A stretch of 64,000 nucleotides of DNA, from NCBI RefSeq assembly GCF_006345805.1, contig NC_042997.1:167710001-167774000 (forward strand), written 5' to 3'. The translations under genes were made by a program, and so were the position numbers. How positions within the stretch are numbered: position 1 is the first letter of the stretch; each line of letters starts with the position of its first letter. This DNA is from Octopus sinensis. Taxonomy: Eukaryota. Shown one piece after another: positions 25,957-38,503 of this stretch. The notes below the pieces were generated by a model that ran no database searches, had not been told where the DNA came from, and saw only the letters and a program-made list of their open reading frames with translations.

Positions 25957-26655
25957 GGTGGCTGTGTGGTAAGTAGCTTGCTTACCAACCACATGAGGTT
26001 CCGGGTTCAGTCCCACTGCATGGCACCTTGGGCAAGTGTCTTCTACTATAACCAAAGCCTTGTGAGTGGATTTGATAGACAGAAACTGAAAGAAGCCCAT
26101 CGTATATATATGTATGTGTGTATATATTTGTGTGTCTGAGTTTGTCCCCCCAACATCGCTTGACAACCGATGCTGTAACTTAGCAGTTCAGCAAAAGAGA
26201 CCGATAGAATAAGTACTAGGCTTACATCATCATCATCATTTAGCATCCGCTTTCCATGCTAGCATGGGTTGGACGGTTCAACTGGGGTCTGTGAAGCCAG
26301 AAGGCTGCATCAGGCCCAGTCTGATCTGGCAGTGTTTCTACGGCTGGATGCCCTTCCTAACGCCAACCACTCCGTGAGTGTAGTGAGAGCTTTTTACGTG
26401 CCAGACGGAGCTGGCAAACGGCCACAGACGGATGGAGCTTTTTACGTGCCACCGACACGGGGGCCAGGCGAGGCTGGCAACGGCCACGATTGGATGGTGC
26501 TTTTTACGTGCCACCGGCACGGGGGCCAGGCGAGGCTGGCAACGGCCACGAATGGAGAATAAAAGAATAAAAATAGTTTCTGGGGTCTATATGCTTGACT
26601 AAAGGCGGTGCTCCAGCATGGCCACAGTCAAATGACTGAAACAAGAGTAAAAGAG
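25957..26655 (+). mobile_element. SINE family B interrupted by an RTE-type tail repeat (26225-26552)
   Basis: Head and body 25957-26224; 3' end resumes ~26560-26655 (GGCGGTGCTCCAGCATGGCC...GAGTAAAAGAGT). Confidence 0.75.
26225..26552 (-). repeat. RTE-type LINE 3'-tail repeat, copy 4 (CpG-rich, young)
   Basis: (CAT)n tail; tandem TTTTACGTGCCA..GGCCAGGCGAGGCTGGCAACGGCCAC units. Confidence 0.7.
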
Positions 26656-28479
26656 TATGTTCTTTTCAGATAAACGAAGGCAAGTAGAGTAATTTGTTAA
26701 TGCAGGGTTATGACAATTTGCAAATTGTTTGGATTGAACAACAAATAATGAGCAGTCCAGCATCTCAACCACTCAACTCTCATAAAAGCTATAGCAGTGA
26801 CATATTTTTTTGATATTTGAAGAAATTTTCCTTAAATGATCACAAAAATTGAAATTGATTTTTTAGAGAAGGAATCTAAAATTTTGAGATGTTCTTTTGT
26901 TATTGACACTGAAGACCAAACCAATTTTGTGGATTCAGACTATCAGTAGAATTTACCCTACCCTGATTCATTCAGTATTTTCATGTGATTTTTATTCTAA
27001 TTTCTATAGCTTTATAGTTTTGGTTAACTCGCTGCCTTTCTGATCCTGCTTTAGCTTGTCTGCATAACCTAGTTCTTCCTTAGCCTTCTTAATGCTTTAC
27101 TACCATGTTACAGCACTTTGTACCCAGTTTGCATTTCTGAAACATATCAGGCTTTTTCTAGATTGCTTAGCTCCACTTCTAATTTCAGATTCCAAGACCT
27201 GATGCTAAAGTCATTCCCATTTAACCATTACATATCCTTTACCTCACTTTGAATAAAGAATCACAGACACATTCCAAAGTCTAAATGCTGCTATCACCAC
27301 TATACTGTAGATACTGGGCTTCATCCTAAATACTTGCCACCTCTATGGATATTGTCCTATAACTGGGATTTATCACACCTAATATCACCTTTTAAAGTGG
27401 AGCAGTTGAAGAGAAACTGTATTTTTTATATACAACTGAATTAAACAGTGTGATTGTTCAAGATGATGTTTCAATTCAACTCAAAATTTCAATACACTGA
27501 CTTTAGGCAATGTCTTTGAGATAATAATTCACTGTGATAGACTAAGAAATGATGTCTTAAAACAGTGTCTTACAACTGTTGCCTTACACAATTGCTGAAG
27601 CATTAAGGATATGATGATGCTTCATGACTAAGGCCCATGCTGGGGCTTGAAAATGGTGCTGTAAGTGACTCTCAGGATATTCATTAGCATACTTAATCTG
27701 CTATAAATAAGTTAAAACTACTCAACAGTAGTGGGGAGTTCTTCAATGTTCCTAGATTTACTATATAGTTCTGTGGTGGCCCATGTTATGATTGTCTGTG
27801 CACCATTCGTTTTACTTTAAATGATTTTACAAGCATAGAAGTTCATCTGAATATCAAATACTTTTAAAATATAAGTTAAATCATCATTATCATAGTTCTT
27901 AGTTCCTACAGCCATGAACAACATGCTTCAGATATGTTTACAGTATGCAATCCAGCTTTGTTATTGACTACTAACAAACATATTATATCATTGTGTGAAA
28001 TTCTAGTTCTTTTACTGACTCTGGAACATTAGAACCTTTTTTACTCATAAAATTTAACTTAACCTAAATCTTTCATCATTTACAGTAAATTCTATTATTT
28101 TTAAAATATTCAAAATGGTAATGATGTTGACTTATGAATTACAAATCTGCTTATGTTTGTTCTATACATTGCTTTAAATATATATTTTTACTATAGGAAA
28201 AAAAAAAGCTAAAATCTATTGTTTGGGGTGGTGTGTTTAGAAAATGAAAAAAAAAAAAATGAATGTAGAATCTGGGGGTAAAATACCTGTTTTGAATCTG
28301 TATTATAATGAGGTGTGAACAGCTGTAAATAATAAAACTTCCAGATGGTTGATGAATCAAGAATGGGGAAAAAACAAATTAAAAATCAATATTACATGAA
28401 ATTGTGTTCAGATGAACTTATATGGAATTCTATATGAGGAAAAATAACAGTTAAAATAAATGGGGAAAAGCGAACAGAT

Positions 28480-28660
28480 TGACCAATCCGACGATTGCTC
28501 ACATCGATGCAAAATGGGTCAAAACGATCGTTGTGTGCAATAAAATTTCTTGTATATTCCATTTTTCGTCTCTATCATTTGTTATATACTCAACGAACAC
28601 TGAGGAATTCCTGAAGCAGATCCAGTGACAATTGTGTAAATATTGTAGATGACGTCAGGT
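28480..28660. promoter_or_regulatory. Candidate promoter at the CpG-depleted/CpG-normal boundary
   Basis: CCAAT at 28483-28487, full CRE TGACGTCA at 28650-28657, abrupt return of CpG; no transcript evidence. Confidence 0.3.
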
Positions 28661-28723
28661 AGTATCAGAATTGAACGTGCTTCAGTTAACTGCTCGGTAC
28701 ATTTTCATTGCTTAAATTATATA

Positions 28724-29590
28724 TTGGGTCATCCCATAAATAATGTTTTTTTCTTATTTTTCAAAATTAAGATAAAGTTCTTTTAAATCTAAAATATACT
28801 CTCCTTCATTTTCTACAATGCTCTTCCATCTATCTGGCAGGCTTGCAAGGCCCCTCTTCCAAAATTCACTTGTCCGTGACGAAAAATACTCCTCCAGTAC
28901 TGTTCTGACTTTGTCGACAGAATTCATATTTTTTCTGTCCAAATGATTCTGAACACTGCGGAATAAATGATAATCAGATTAGGCAATGTCCAGCGAATAT
29001 GGTGAGTGGAGTATCGTTTCCCGTACAAACTGCTCCAGCCTTTGGAATGTCATCCTTGCTCTATGTGGTCAAGTATACAGACTCGGAAAGATTGTAGGAA
29101 CCCATTGACCCAATTTGTTGTCTTTTTCGATCGCACGCAGGTGACAATGAATAATTGAATAACCAAATTCAAGTTTCTCTGCTAATTCCTCAACAGTTAC
29201 GGTGGAATTTTGTCCCACCAGGTTTTGCAAGACATCCTGGTCGAACTTTACAGATCTTCCAGGATGAGGTTCGGAATTTCTGGAACCACCGTTGATACTG
29301 GCTTACTCTTATTGTCCAATCCCCATAAACTGCATTAATATTCCTCGCATTTTCCGTTGCGTTGTTGCCTTTATTGAATTCATAAAGCAAAATATGCCGA
29401 ATATACTCCTTTGTCACTTCCATTGTAGCTTTGAAAAAGTAACTGTTAAAATCGAACCTGCACTAAGGACACAAGGTAAAATTACTACCTGCTTTTAAAG
29501 CAAGTAGATGCAGGTAGTTTATTCCGTCTCCCTCCGACTTTTTGTTCATGCAATTGAAAAAAAACCCTCATTATTTATGGGATGACCCAA
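28724..29590 (-). mobile_element. Internally deleted mariner transposon
   Basis: 22-bp perfect TIR TTGGGTCATCCCATAAATAATG, TA at 28722-28723 and 29591-29592; N-terminus MEVTKEYIRHILLYEFNKG (29190-29423), C-terminus ...RWKSIVENEGEYILD (28754-28942). Confidence 0.9.
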
Positions 29591-29935
29591 TATATATATA
29601 TATATATGATGTATGAATATATACAACAGAAAGTGGTACGCAACACATTTAGTACGAGTTATATATATTTTTAACAGTTTGACTCAGCTCCATAGGACAT
29701 AATTTTATGGGCACGTAGGGTGGATCCGTCTCATCAGATTACTGGAAAAGAGTAAGAGATTTAAGATGGTTTCCATCGATCAGCTCAGGGCATGCGATGT
29801 TAATGATGTGGAAGCGACACTAACTCCTCTTTATTCTTAAGCCCAAGTCCTCGGAAATTAATTTCACAAGAAGCTGTCGTCACTTTGGCGGCAAGATGTA
29901 GTATAGTATATTTAGTAACATCAGTTCGTTGTATT

Positions 29936-30198
29936 GTGCAGGCACGTGGCCTAGTAGTTAGAGCAGTGATCGCGGGTTCGAATCTCAGACTGGGCGATGT
30001 GTGTTTATGAGTAAAACATCTAAGCTCCACGCGGCTCTAGCAGAAGGTAATGGCGTACTTCTGCTGACTCTCGCCACAACTTTCACTCTTTCCTCCTGCA
30101 TCTAGCAGCTCACATGCGACGGACCGGCATCCCGTCCAGGTGGGGAATCTATACGTCAATGAAACCGGCCCTTATGAGCCAGGCATGGCTCGAGAAGG
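29936..30198 (+). mobile_element. tRNA-derived SINE, family C, with conserved central domain
   Basis: A-box TGGCCTAGTAG, B-box GGTTCGAATCT; GCGACGGACCGGCATCCCGTCCAGG core resembles V/Meta-type SINE domains (from recall). Confidence 0.6.
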
Positions 30199-30389
30199 TA
30201 GGGTGGGTGAGTTGGCACGGGTCAGTAGATCGGTGGTCGTTCGGTGAAGTATTAACATTAATAGCAGTAGTCTTTATATAGGAACTGGGTCAAAAATGAG
30301 GCTTGATGATCAACATAGTGGGGGCTGTAGTCTATAGAGACGACAGGGATTAAATATCCTGCTCTAGTGTGAGGGACAGTCAGGCCTAG

Positions 30390-31470
30390 AATATATCTGA
30401 ATTATCAGCTGCCAATAGTTTGAAGTTCATTAACAAGGCATACCTCTGGTGGCAACAATAACATAGTTCATTCTTCCTGTTGATGGATACTGCAGGATTG
30501 TGGAATATGTGTAGTTTCTCGCAGAGCAAGGGAGAGAGCTGACAACTGCGAGTTCTAGGTGAGGCGCCCATTAATACTTTCGAGTAATTGCGTCCCAACA
30601 TAAGAGCCAGACGGTCTTTAGAGATCTTAGCTAAGAAGGACCAATCTGGCATTCTTTTTCAGGAATGCTCAGTCACATCCACAATGAAAATTTGCCGATA
30701 AATAAAGCTTTTGTCTTCTATAATCTTTGCTATTGTTGCAGGTAACTTGACCACAGCTACTATGTCCGCCGATGTATATTCGCCTAGGACCCTAACTATA
30801 TGAAGATTGTGTCGCTGCCAGAATCACCAAAACCATCTTGAACTGGCCTAGAAATTTTCTGTCATGCTATTACCCTCTTATGGTTGTTATACAACGAACG
30901 CGCTTTCTCTTGAATTATAATCTGGCTTACGGGAGTGTGCTGGTAACTCTGCCGTTCAAACCAAAGACAAAGAAGCTGGGGTTTTTTTCCGTGGACGATT
31001 TTGCTAATTTTCTTATTGGTTATGGTGATCTTCATCTCCCGACCAGTATCTTAGATGACAATCAAATCCTTTGTTTACCATGGATAATAGCAAATACTTA
31101 TTTCTTTACTACACACAAGGGGCTAAACACAGAGGGGACAAACAAGGACAGACAAACGGATTAAGTCGATTATATCGACCCCATTGCGTAACTGGTACTT
31201 ATTTAATCGACCCCGAAAGGATGAAAGGCAAAGTCGACCTCGGCGGAATTTGAACTCAGAACGTAACGGCAGACGAAATACGGCTACGCATTTCGCCCGG
31301 CGTGCTAACGTTTCTGCCAGCTCGCCGCCTCATGGATAATAGCGAATACCATCGTTAGACTTAAGCCACAAGCACGCGCTATCACTACCACCTTTTCTGC
31401 GAAGGAATAGTATGGCACTTAATACTACCAGGATTAGATCTGGCAACAGGAGCTTTCTTGTGAGCATAGT
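30390..31470 (-). mobile_element. pogo/Tigger transposase fossil, interrupted by a SINE
   Basis: Minus-strand frames give VIARACGLSLTMVFAII (HTH), LWFERQ..TPVSQIIIQEKARSLY (CENP-B type), QIFIVDVT..KRMPDWSFLAK..SKDRLALMLG; many stops and frameshifts; TIRs not found. Confidence 0.8.
31098..31330 (-). mobile_element. SINE family A inserted in the Tigger fossil
   Basis: Full head and tail; TSD CATGGATAATAGC(A/G)AATAC at 31079-31097 / 31331-31349. Confidence 0.9.
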
Positions 31471-32551
31471 GTATGAAAAAAAGCTCAAATTTATACTCAG
31501 TAAGTACAAACACACATTTGAAATTTCTGGTACGAACTACAATGCTACCTCTCCGTGGAATACTGGAACTGTTGCCCCGTAACTTGTATAAATAAAAGTA
31601 AATATTGTAATTATGTACATTAAAAAAAAATTCTTTTATCTATTTTAACAAACGATTTGTACATAGTCTCTACTTCAGTATTAGTTTTTAGGATTTCCTA
31701 AAAAGTTTTATGCTTTCAAATATCTTTGCCGAGACCGGATGCAAAACTGATTGATGTTAAGGTTTCTATTTTTCATTGATGTCTTTAAAAAAAATTACAA
31801 AAACAAGAACAAAACAAAAAAAAAAACCCCCGTTGAGTCGGAAACTGAGGTACATGTATATATTCTTTCTCTCAATAAACCGGTTTTACGATAAGGGAAA
31901 TCACTCCCAAAGTACCTTAATACCAAATTTTCAGTTTTTGACAAGGTAAACAATTTACGTTTCGGGGTATCTCAGAAACGAGGAAGAAGCTTCTTTGATA
32001 GTACTTATAACTACTACAAAATAGAATAGGAAACGAATATAACCTTATATGAGTGCTTAAAGTGATTATTGCGAATTGCTTTAGTTTGGACGCATGATTT
32101 CAGTACCTATCGATAGACAAAGAACACGGAAAATTAGAGTAGTCTCCCTTTCTCCCCCCCCCTCATCACCATAAATGTGCGTCCAGTCATACTCTGAGTT
32201 TTATAGCTGTATTGACTGGAGTCACGTAAACAAAAGCCATTATCATATTCATCATGTCTAGATTAACATATAACAAAAACAGGAAGAGACATAATTCTTC
32301 TAAGTGGATAACTTGGTTGGCATTTGTTTTTTGGTGGGGAGGGGGTCAAAATATTACTGACTTGTAAGTATAAATGTTAGTTTTTTCATGCAACTCAAAT
32401 TCACCTGGCATCTTTACAAGATATAGGTGTTACCATAGTCTGTAAATTTAACTGCATTAGAATTCAGATCTCTATTATCAATTCATGTTTTTCCTCCTCC
32501 TCCTCCTCGTCGTCGTCATCATTTATCGTCCGTTTTCCATCGACAGGAATT

Positions 32552-32770
32552 CTTTTCTACTCTAGGCACAAAGCCCGAAATTTTGGCAGCGAGAGGGGGG
32601 GGCAATCGATTATATCGACCCCAGTGCATAACTGGTACTTATTTAATCGACCCCGAAAGGATGAAAGGAAAAGTCGACCTCTGCGGAATTTGAACTCAGA
32701 ACGTAACGGCAGACGAAATACGACAACGCATTTCGCCCGGCGTGCTAACGTGTCTGCCAGCTCGCCGCCT
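32552..32770 (-). mobile_element. SINE family A (alternative tail) inserted in an RTE-type tail repeat
   Basis: Perfect 19-bp TSD TTTTCCATCGACAGGAATT at 32533-32551 / 32771-32789. Confidence 0.9.
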
Positions 32771-33021
32771 TTTTCCATCGACAGGAATTAGCAAGTCAGA
32801 AAACTGCACCAAACTTTGCTATCTGATTTGACATAGTTTCTACGGCTGGATGCTCTTCCTAACGTCAACCGCTTACAGAGTGTACTGGGTGCTTTTTATG
32901 TGGCATCAGAAGTATTGAGGTCATTAAGTAACTTACAAGACAAGGCCCTTCAAATGTAGTGGGAGTAGTATTGAGGGACAGAAACAGATGTTTTGCAGTG
33001 GAGAAGGATAATTGCTGCCTC

Positions 33022-33054
<33 letters not shown>

Positions 33055-34199
33055 AGGTCTATGTTATTAGAGAGAGTGATGGATAGATAGTTAAATTTGA
33101 TGATGCAACAATACAAGTTCAAACGTTCAGTTTTTGTCTTTTTCTTAACACCATTGAGGAAGAAATTACGATGTTTTAAAAACCGTCATTTATAGTATAT
33201 TTTTAAAACTGTTGCATAAGCGTCGCTTCAGTATCGTAAAAAAAAAATCTTTCCCTCCAACCTTTCTGTGAATTTTATCTGCAGTGATACAGTTTTTGAA
33301 TTCCTAGTGTTTTGTTCTGTTATCGACATATTCATAAAGAATTCAAAGTATAGTATAAATGTATCTGGAGGTGGGAGTTAGCAGTTATAAATTGATTTGT
33401 TTACGTTTTGAAAATATGTCCTCTGATGTATTTCTATGACTATAGTGACTGACAGATGTCACCAGTTCGAATCCAGCCTGTTTGACGACTTATCTAAATT
33501 GCTAAGTACGTGTAGTGGATCTTGCATGCATGAAGTAGATTCGACCCACCGTAGCCAAATTTAAATCAACACTGCTACAGAACTTTTCCCACGGTGGAAC
33601 AATGGTTTTTCTCTGACAGCAGTTTTTACATCTTCCTGATGCCTTTAGCTAGGCCGAAATTAATGTCTTCACACTTGACCCTTTCTAACCTCTTCTACTT
33701 CACCAAAAGCTAGAATAGATAACAAGACCACTAACTAAATCTATTGATCTCAATGATATATCTATCCTTCTGGATCTTTATATAAGCAAGCATACCCCAA
33801 GCAAAATTCAGTTAGCCACCGTCGATGACGACTCAACGAGGTCTGGCTGACCAGCTAGAATCTTGGTCAGAGGGAGAAAGCAACTGTGAGACAAGACCCT
33901 ACAATTCTCTCTAGCACTAATTCTGTTCTCTTACATCATTCTATCGCTATCATTCTATTACTACAAACTATTCGTATACGCCAAACTATGTAATGAAACA
34001 TTCTACCGCATCAAACTTTACTTTGCATGCTTTTGGATTTATCCTAACCTGTCCGTCGAGGCAAGGTATTGTAACGTAACGGTAAAAAAATACTTTCTTA
34101 AAACTTTATGCATTGTCCATCTTTCACAGCTTACAACATGCAATTATAACAACAAATCTTTATCGTCACGCCAGCTGACTCCCACATATAATATCGTTT

Positions 34200-34620
34200 A
34201 CCAATCAATTTAAAACCGTTACATACGCATCGAATTCGTACTACAGCTTACCATCCTGTTGTGTGTAGTTTGGGTTCTAATGGGATAGACAACCAAATGA
34301 AAACCATTGTTATTGTTACGTGTTTATTTTCTATTCGTGATACACGGACTCGACATTCAGCGTAGTAATACATTATATACTTTACACACAGTTTGTACTA
34401 TTCACTAACAAAATAGTGCCAAGAGTGGGGATGCACGTATACACATAGATATGAATGTGTAACACATCCCATATCTAACGCAATGGTAGAATGTTTTCAT
34501 CGACAGCTTAAAGCAGCTTTACTAGCACATTCCGATTCGGATAAATGGTTAGAAGCTCCGTCGATTGTGTAACTAGGTTTACGTACTACTGTTAAAGAAG
34601 CCCTAGGGGATCTAGTCTTT
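34200..34620 (+). mobile_element. Old Gypsy integrase fossil
   Basis: After removing the solo LTR it reads RIRTTAYHPISNAMVECFHRQLKAALLAHSDSDKWLEAPSIV*LGLRTTVKE, matching the Gypsy integrase TTAYHPxxNGMVERFHRQLK region. Confidence 0.75.
34257..34464 (-). mobile_element. Solo LTR (208 bp)
   Basis: TGTT...AACA termini; 5-bp TSD CATCC at 34252-34256 / 34465-34469; TATATAA and AATAAA on the minus strand. Confidence 0.8.
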
Positions 34621-35117
34621 CTCATTCGTAAAATCAGTCCCACTTAATTTTGCTCAGATTGCTTTCATTTTTGGTGTATCGCTACAACTCTGAACTTTGA
34701 TTACGATCAACCAATTACTTTATCTCGTAAATGAAAGAATCTGATGTTAAAGCTGGGAAATTTAGGTAATTTTAACCAATCAACATACAGCGTGGCATTA
34801 GCATCTTGTTACCATGTCAACAGGACGCTGTGTTGTGGTTCACTTCGTTGTTGTTTCACTGTTGTCTGCGATTTCGTTGTCCACTTCACTGTTGTCTGTG
34901 ACGCACGTTGTTCGATGTTGATTTTTTTACAATTGATTCTTCACACCACAAGTTTCTTTTCACCTGCGTGTTTTGTTTTAATTTTTCTGTGTTAGTATAT
35001 TACATATTTTTCTGTGTGTTAGTATTTTTCTGTAGTTATTCTTATCGTAGTTTACAAATCCAAACATGAAAACGTTACTCAACTTTGGAGTTTTGGAGAC
35101 AGTCGCCTCCTTTTCAC

Positions 35118-35124
35118 ACACACT

Positions 35125-35170
<46 letters not shown>

Positions 35171-35215
35171 ACACAACACACACACACACACACGCGCGCG
35201 CGCACACGCACACAC
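35118..35215. repeat. (CA)n microsatellite
   Basis: Direct reading. Confidence 0.95.
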
Positions 35216-35649
35216 GCTTGCCGGTAAAATTTCCACTTATTTCTTATTTTTATTTTATTTTATTATTTTTTTATTTATTGATTTATGGCAAAAATGAATT
35301 TCATGTCAATGATTACTTTACAAAGCTACACCAATATGCCAAATATGAAATGAGTTAGAACAAAATTTGAAGAAATTGAAAAGTGGCATCCAAACAAAAA
35401 ATATCCCCCTTCACTCCTTCCAGTCTACCTGACAAGATTTGTTGCCTCCGATGTAGGAAACAGCGGATAATATTTTCACTGTTACTTACGAATAGTGGCC
35501 TGACTGAATAACTAATCCAGCATATGCAACTGAAGCAGTATTAAGTTAAAATAGCCATCTATTCATCATACTTAATGTACATACAGCGTAAGTAGGCCAG
35601 TCAATGTAGTATTTGTCCTGAGAAAATATATCTTATAGTCTCGCTGATA

Positions 35650-35886
35650 AACATACAACATACATGCATACATACACATACATACATACATAATATACAT
35701 ACTAATAATACATACATACATACATACTACATACATACATACATACATACATACATACATACATACATACATACATTACATACATAATACATAATACATA
35801 CATACTTACATACATCATACATACATACTACTGTATACATACATAATACATACATACATACATACATACATACATACATACATACA

Positions 35887-35918
<32 letters not shown>

Positions 35919-35967
35919 CATACATATACATATACATACATACATACATACATACATACATACAGAC

Positions 35968-35999
<32 letters not shown>

Positions 36000-36091
36000 A
36001 TATATATATCGGAGTGAGAGGGAAATCGTGGACTGCAGTAATTCGCCTGTCAACAGTGAATATACATTTAATACATTTAGTATGACGCATA

Positions 36092-36120
<29 letters not shown>
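35650..36120. repeat. (CATA)n/(TA)n compound microsatellite
   Basis: Direct reading. Confidence 0.95.
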
Positions 36121-36122
<2 letters not shown>

Positions 36123-36139
36123 CTTACAATGGCACCTGT

Positions 36140-37795
36140 AACAAAACACGTGTCACTAAAGAATATTACAACCGAATAAAGAAAATTTGGACCTCATAAC
36201 TCTCTGCATTCAATAAAACAGTGGCCCACAATGTGTTTGCAGTGCCAGTACTCATACCAACATTTGGGCTGCTTGATTGGACGTTTGATGAGATCCCAGT
36301 CATTGATGTGAAAACCAGGAAGATACTAATAAGCACACATAATTTCCACATAAACAGTAACGTAGAACCGCCTCTACCTAAAACGAAAACAAGGCGGCAG
36401 AGGCTTAACCTCGATCCAAAATGCCTTTGCATGTCGCGTCATATCCCTTCGGCAACATCTTTTAACCACCAAGTGTCAAAGTGCATCCCTTGACCAAGTT
36501 TGCATGCATGAGGCTGATAATTTCATAAGACTTGGAAGGCAGCTCCTTGAGCAACACTGTTTGTCTGATAACTTAGAATACATGCCCAAAGAAGTCACAC
36601 GACTCCACCGCAACCTATCATCACATGAAAGGATGAGCCCATATGAGCAGAAGACTATGCATGGATATATTGGTAGAAAGCTCCGTAATGATAGTAACAT
36701 CGATCATCAAAGCGGTTTATCATGGACGAATAGCCGGATTACTACCTCCCACATTGAAGGGTATGCGTTTGCAATTCAAGAACAGGAAATATCAGCCAAG
36801 TACCTGATGCATAAAATGGATAGAGGTGCAAGAAAAGCCGTAAAATGTGACAACTGATTCAGACTTTGTGGAGCTCACACTGAAGAATGTCACCCACATC
36901 ATAAGCAGTTACCCGAAAATGTCATTAATGGTATTATCTACCAATGAAACATGACGTTGTAGCTAGGATACTCTATAATGAAATCCGTCGGGAGGATAAT
37001 CCCAAGGACAAAGAAATAAGAACCCACAATATGGTAGAAGCCATAGCCACTCATAATGGTGACATGTACCAGCGAAAAACCTCAAAAAAAATGTAAGCAC
37101 AATAAATCTCTCTCTATATAAACGGCAGTTTGTCTGTCTGCGTGTCTGTGTGTCTGTTAGGTTGTACCCTCACCCTGACCACGGCTTTCAACCGATTCTG
37201 ATGAAACTTGACACACACATAGCCCAATGTCATAATTCAAAACTAACGCAGCGAAAATTTTGAAAGTTCCCCCAGTTCTCAAAAAAATTGATAAATTCGA
37301 CATGGGGTCGAGAATCAGAAACACAAACCAGACTGTCTAGGGGACGCAACTCGACCTTTTTAACTCAAAAAAATTTACCATCATTTTTTTCCCATTTTTT
37401 TGCTATTTTTTGGCTATAACTCTCTAAAAATGCTTTATAGTTATTTCCCTTACAAACCCGAGCAACGCCGGGCGATACTGCTAGTCTGATATAATATTTG
37501 GGATAGAGAAGAGAAACTGTGCACAGTTGTGGAAATTAGCTGCCCATAAAGCTGTAGATCAGTGAAAAAGAGAACACCTATGCTGAACTATTAAGAAATC
37601 TGCAGTTATTCTATTCAGATTACAAGTTCAGGTTTATACCTGTAATTATTGGAGCCCTGGGATACGTAACACACTGCCTAATACCAATCTCAAAACCAGA
37701 AAGTAGAAAGCTAATTCGAAGACTACAGATCCAATCCATCACTGGGACTGTAAAAATCTGTAAGACTTTCTAAAAGTTTATCATTCAGATATATA
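36140..37795 (+). mobile_element. 5'-truncated RLE-type non-LTR retrotransposon (R4/Dong-like), degraded
   Basis: Post-RT region (AHNVFAVPVLIPTFG, FAIQEQEI), degenerate CCHC (xRLCGAHTE..THIISSx) and RLE-like HNK(P>S)DI..WDREEKLCTVVEISCP...FIPVIIGALG; flanked by microsatellites. Confidence 0.75.
37107..37484 (+). mobile_element. Non-autonomous Helitron-type element (378 bp)
   Basis: A|TC start, 3' hairpin CCCG-AGCAACGC-CGGG at 37457-37472, CTAG|T end, no TSD; removal restores the LINE sequence. Confidence 0.85.
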
Positions 37796-37802
37796 TACTA
37801 GC

Positions 37803-37878
<76 letters not shown>

Positions 37879-38250
37879 CTAGCGTTGCCCAGGATAACTC
37901 TCAATGGAGTAGTCGTTGAAATGAACCGAAAGACTTCTGTCAAGCACGACTATAGAAATAACTATTTACAGGTGTTGGCCCTAAAGAGGGCCTTTGAACG
38001 TTTACTATGAAAAATCTTTGTGGCGGTGCTGCCAGTAAAGACGAATCCAGTGATAGCAATTTGTAGTTGGTGGTCCTGAAGAGGATCTTTTAACGTTCAC
38101 TTTGAATTATCTCAGCGGCGGTGCCGCCATCAAAGATTAATCCGATGGTACCAATTTAATCTTGGTGGCCCTGAAGAGGACCTCGGAGCGGTAGAGTTGT
38201 CAGCAAAGACGACTCCGATTAGAGGTAGTGGCCCTTAAGAAGTCCTTCAC
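37879..38250 (-). repeat. Helitron-like 3' remnant containing a ~95-bp degenerate tandem repeat
   Basis: CTAG followed by a partial GCGTTGCCC.GG hairpin at left; GG(C/T)CCT(G/A)AAGAGG units at 37977, 38072, 38167 and partial 38230. Confidence 0.45.
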
Positions 38251-38376
38251 ACCACTTTGGTGTGTCGTATTTGCTTTGCTTGTTATTTAAGATTGTAACC
38301 TAGAAAAGTATGTAAAAGTCGGTGGCCACTTTTGTCTATTGCTGTTAGTTGTACTTCCAAATGCCTATCATTTATT

Positions 38377-38503
38377 CTTTTGTACTCAGGGCACAAGGCC
38401 CGAAATTTTGGGGGAATTAGATCGCAACTGGTACTTAATTTATTCTCCCTGAAAGGATGAAAGGCAAAGTCGAATTTGAACTCAGAACGTAAAGACAGAT
38501 GAA
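38377..38503 (-). mobile_element. 5'-truncated SINE family A
   Basis: 18-bp TSD AAATGCCTATCATTTATT at 38359-38376 / 38504-38521. Confidence 0.8.

Noticed and set aside
29685-29755. Minus-strand CTGATGA hammerhead candidate (also CTGATG..GAAA at ~33637)
   Set aside because: GAAA or CUGAUGA core is mutated and stems I/III cannot be formed convincingly.
37970-38250. Repetitive protein encoded by the tandem units
   Set aside because: 95-bp period breaks frame and stops occur in each frame.
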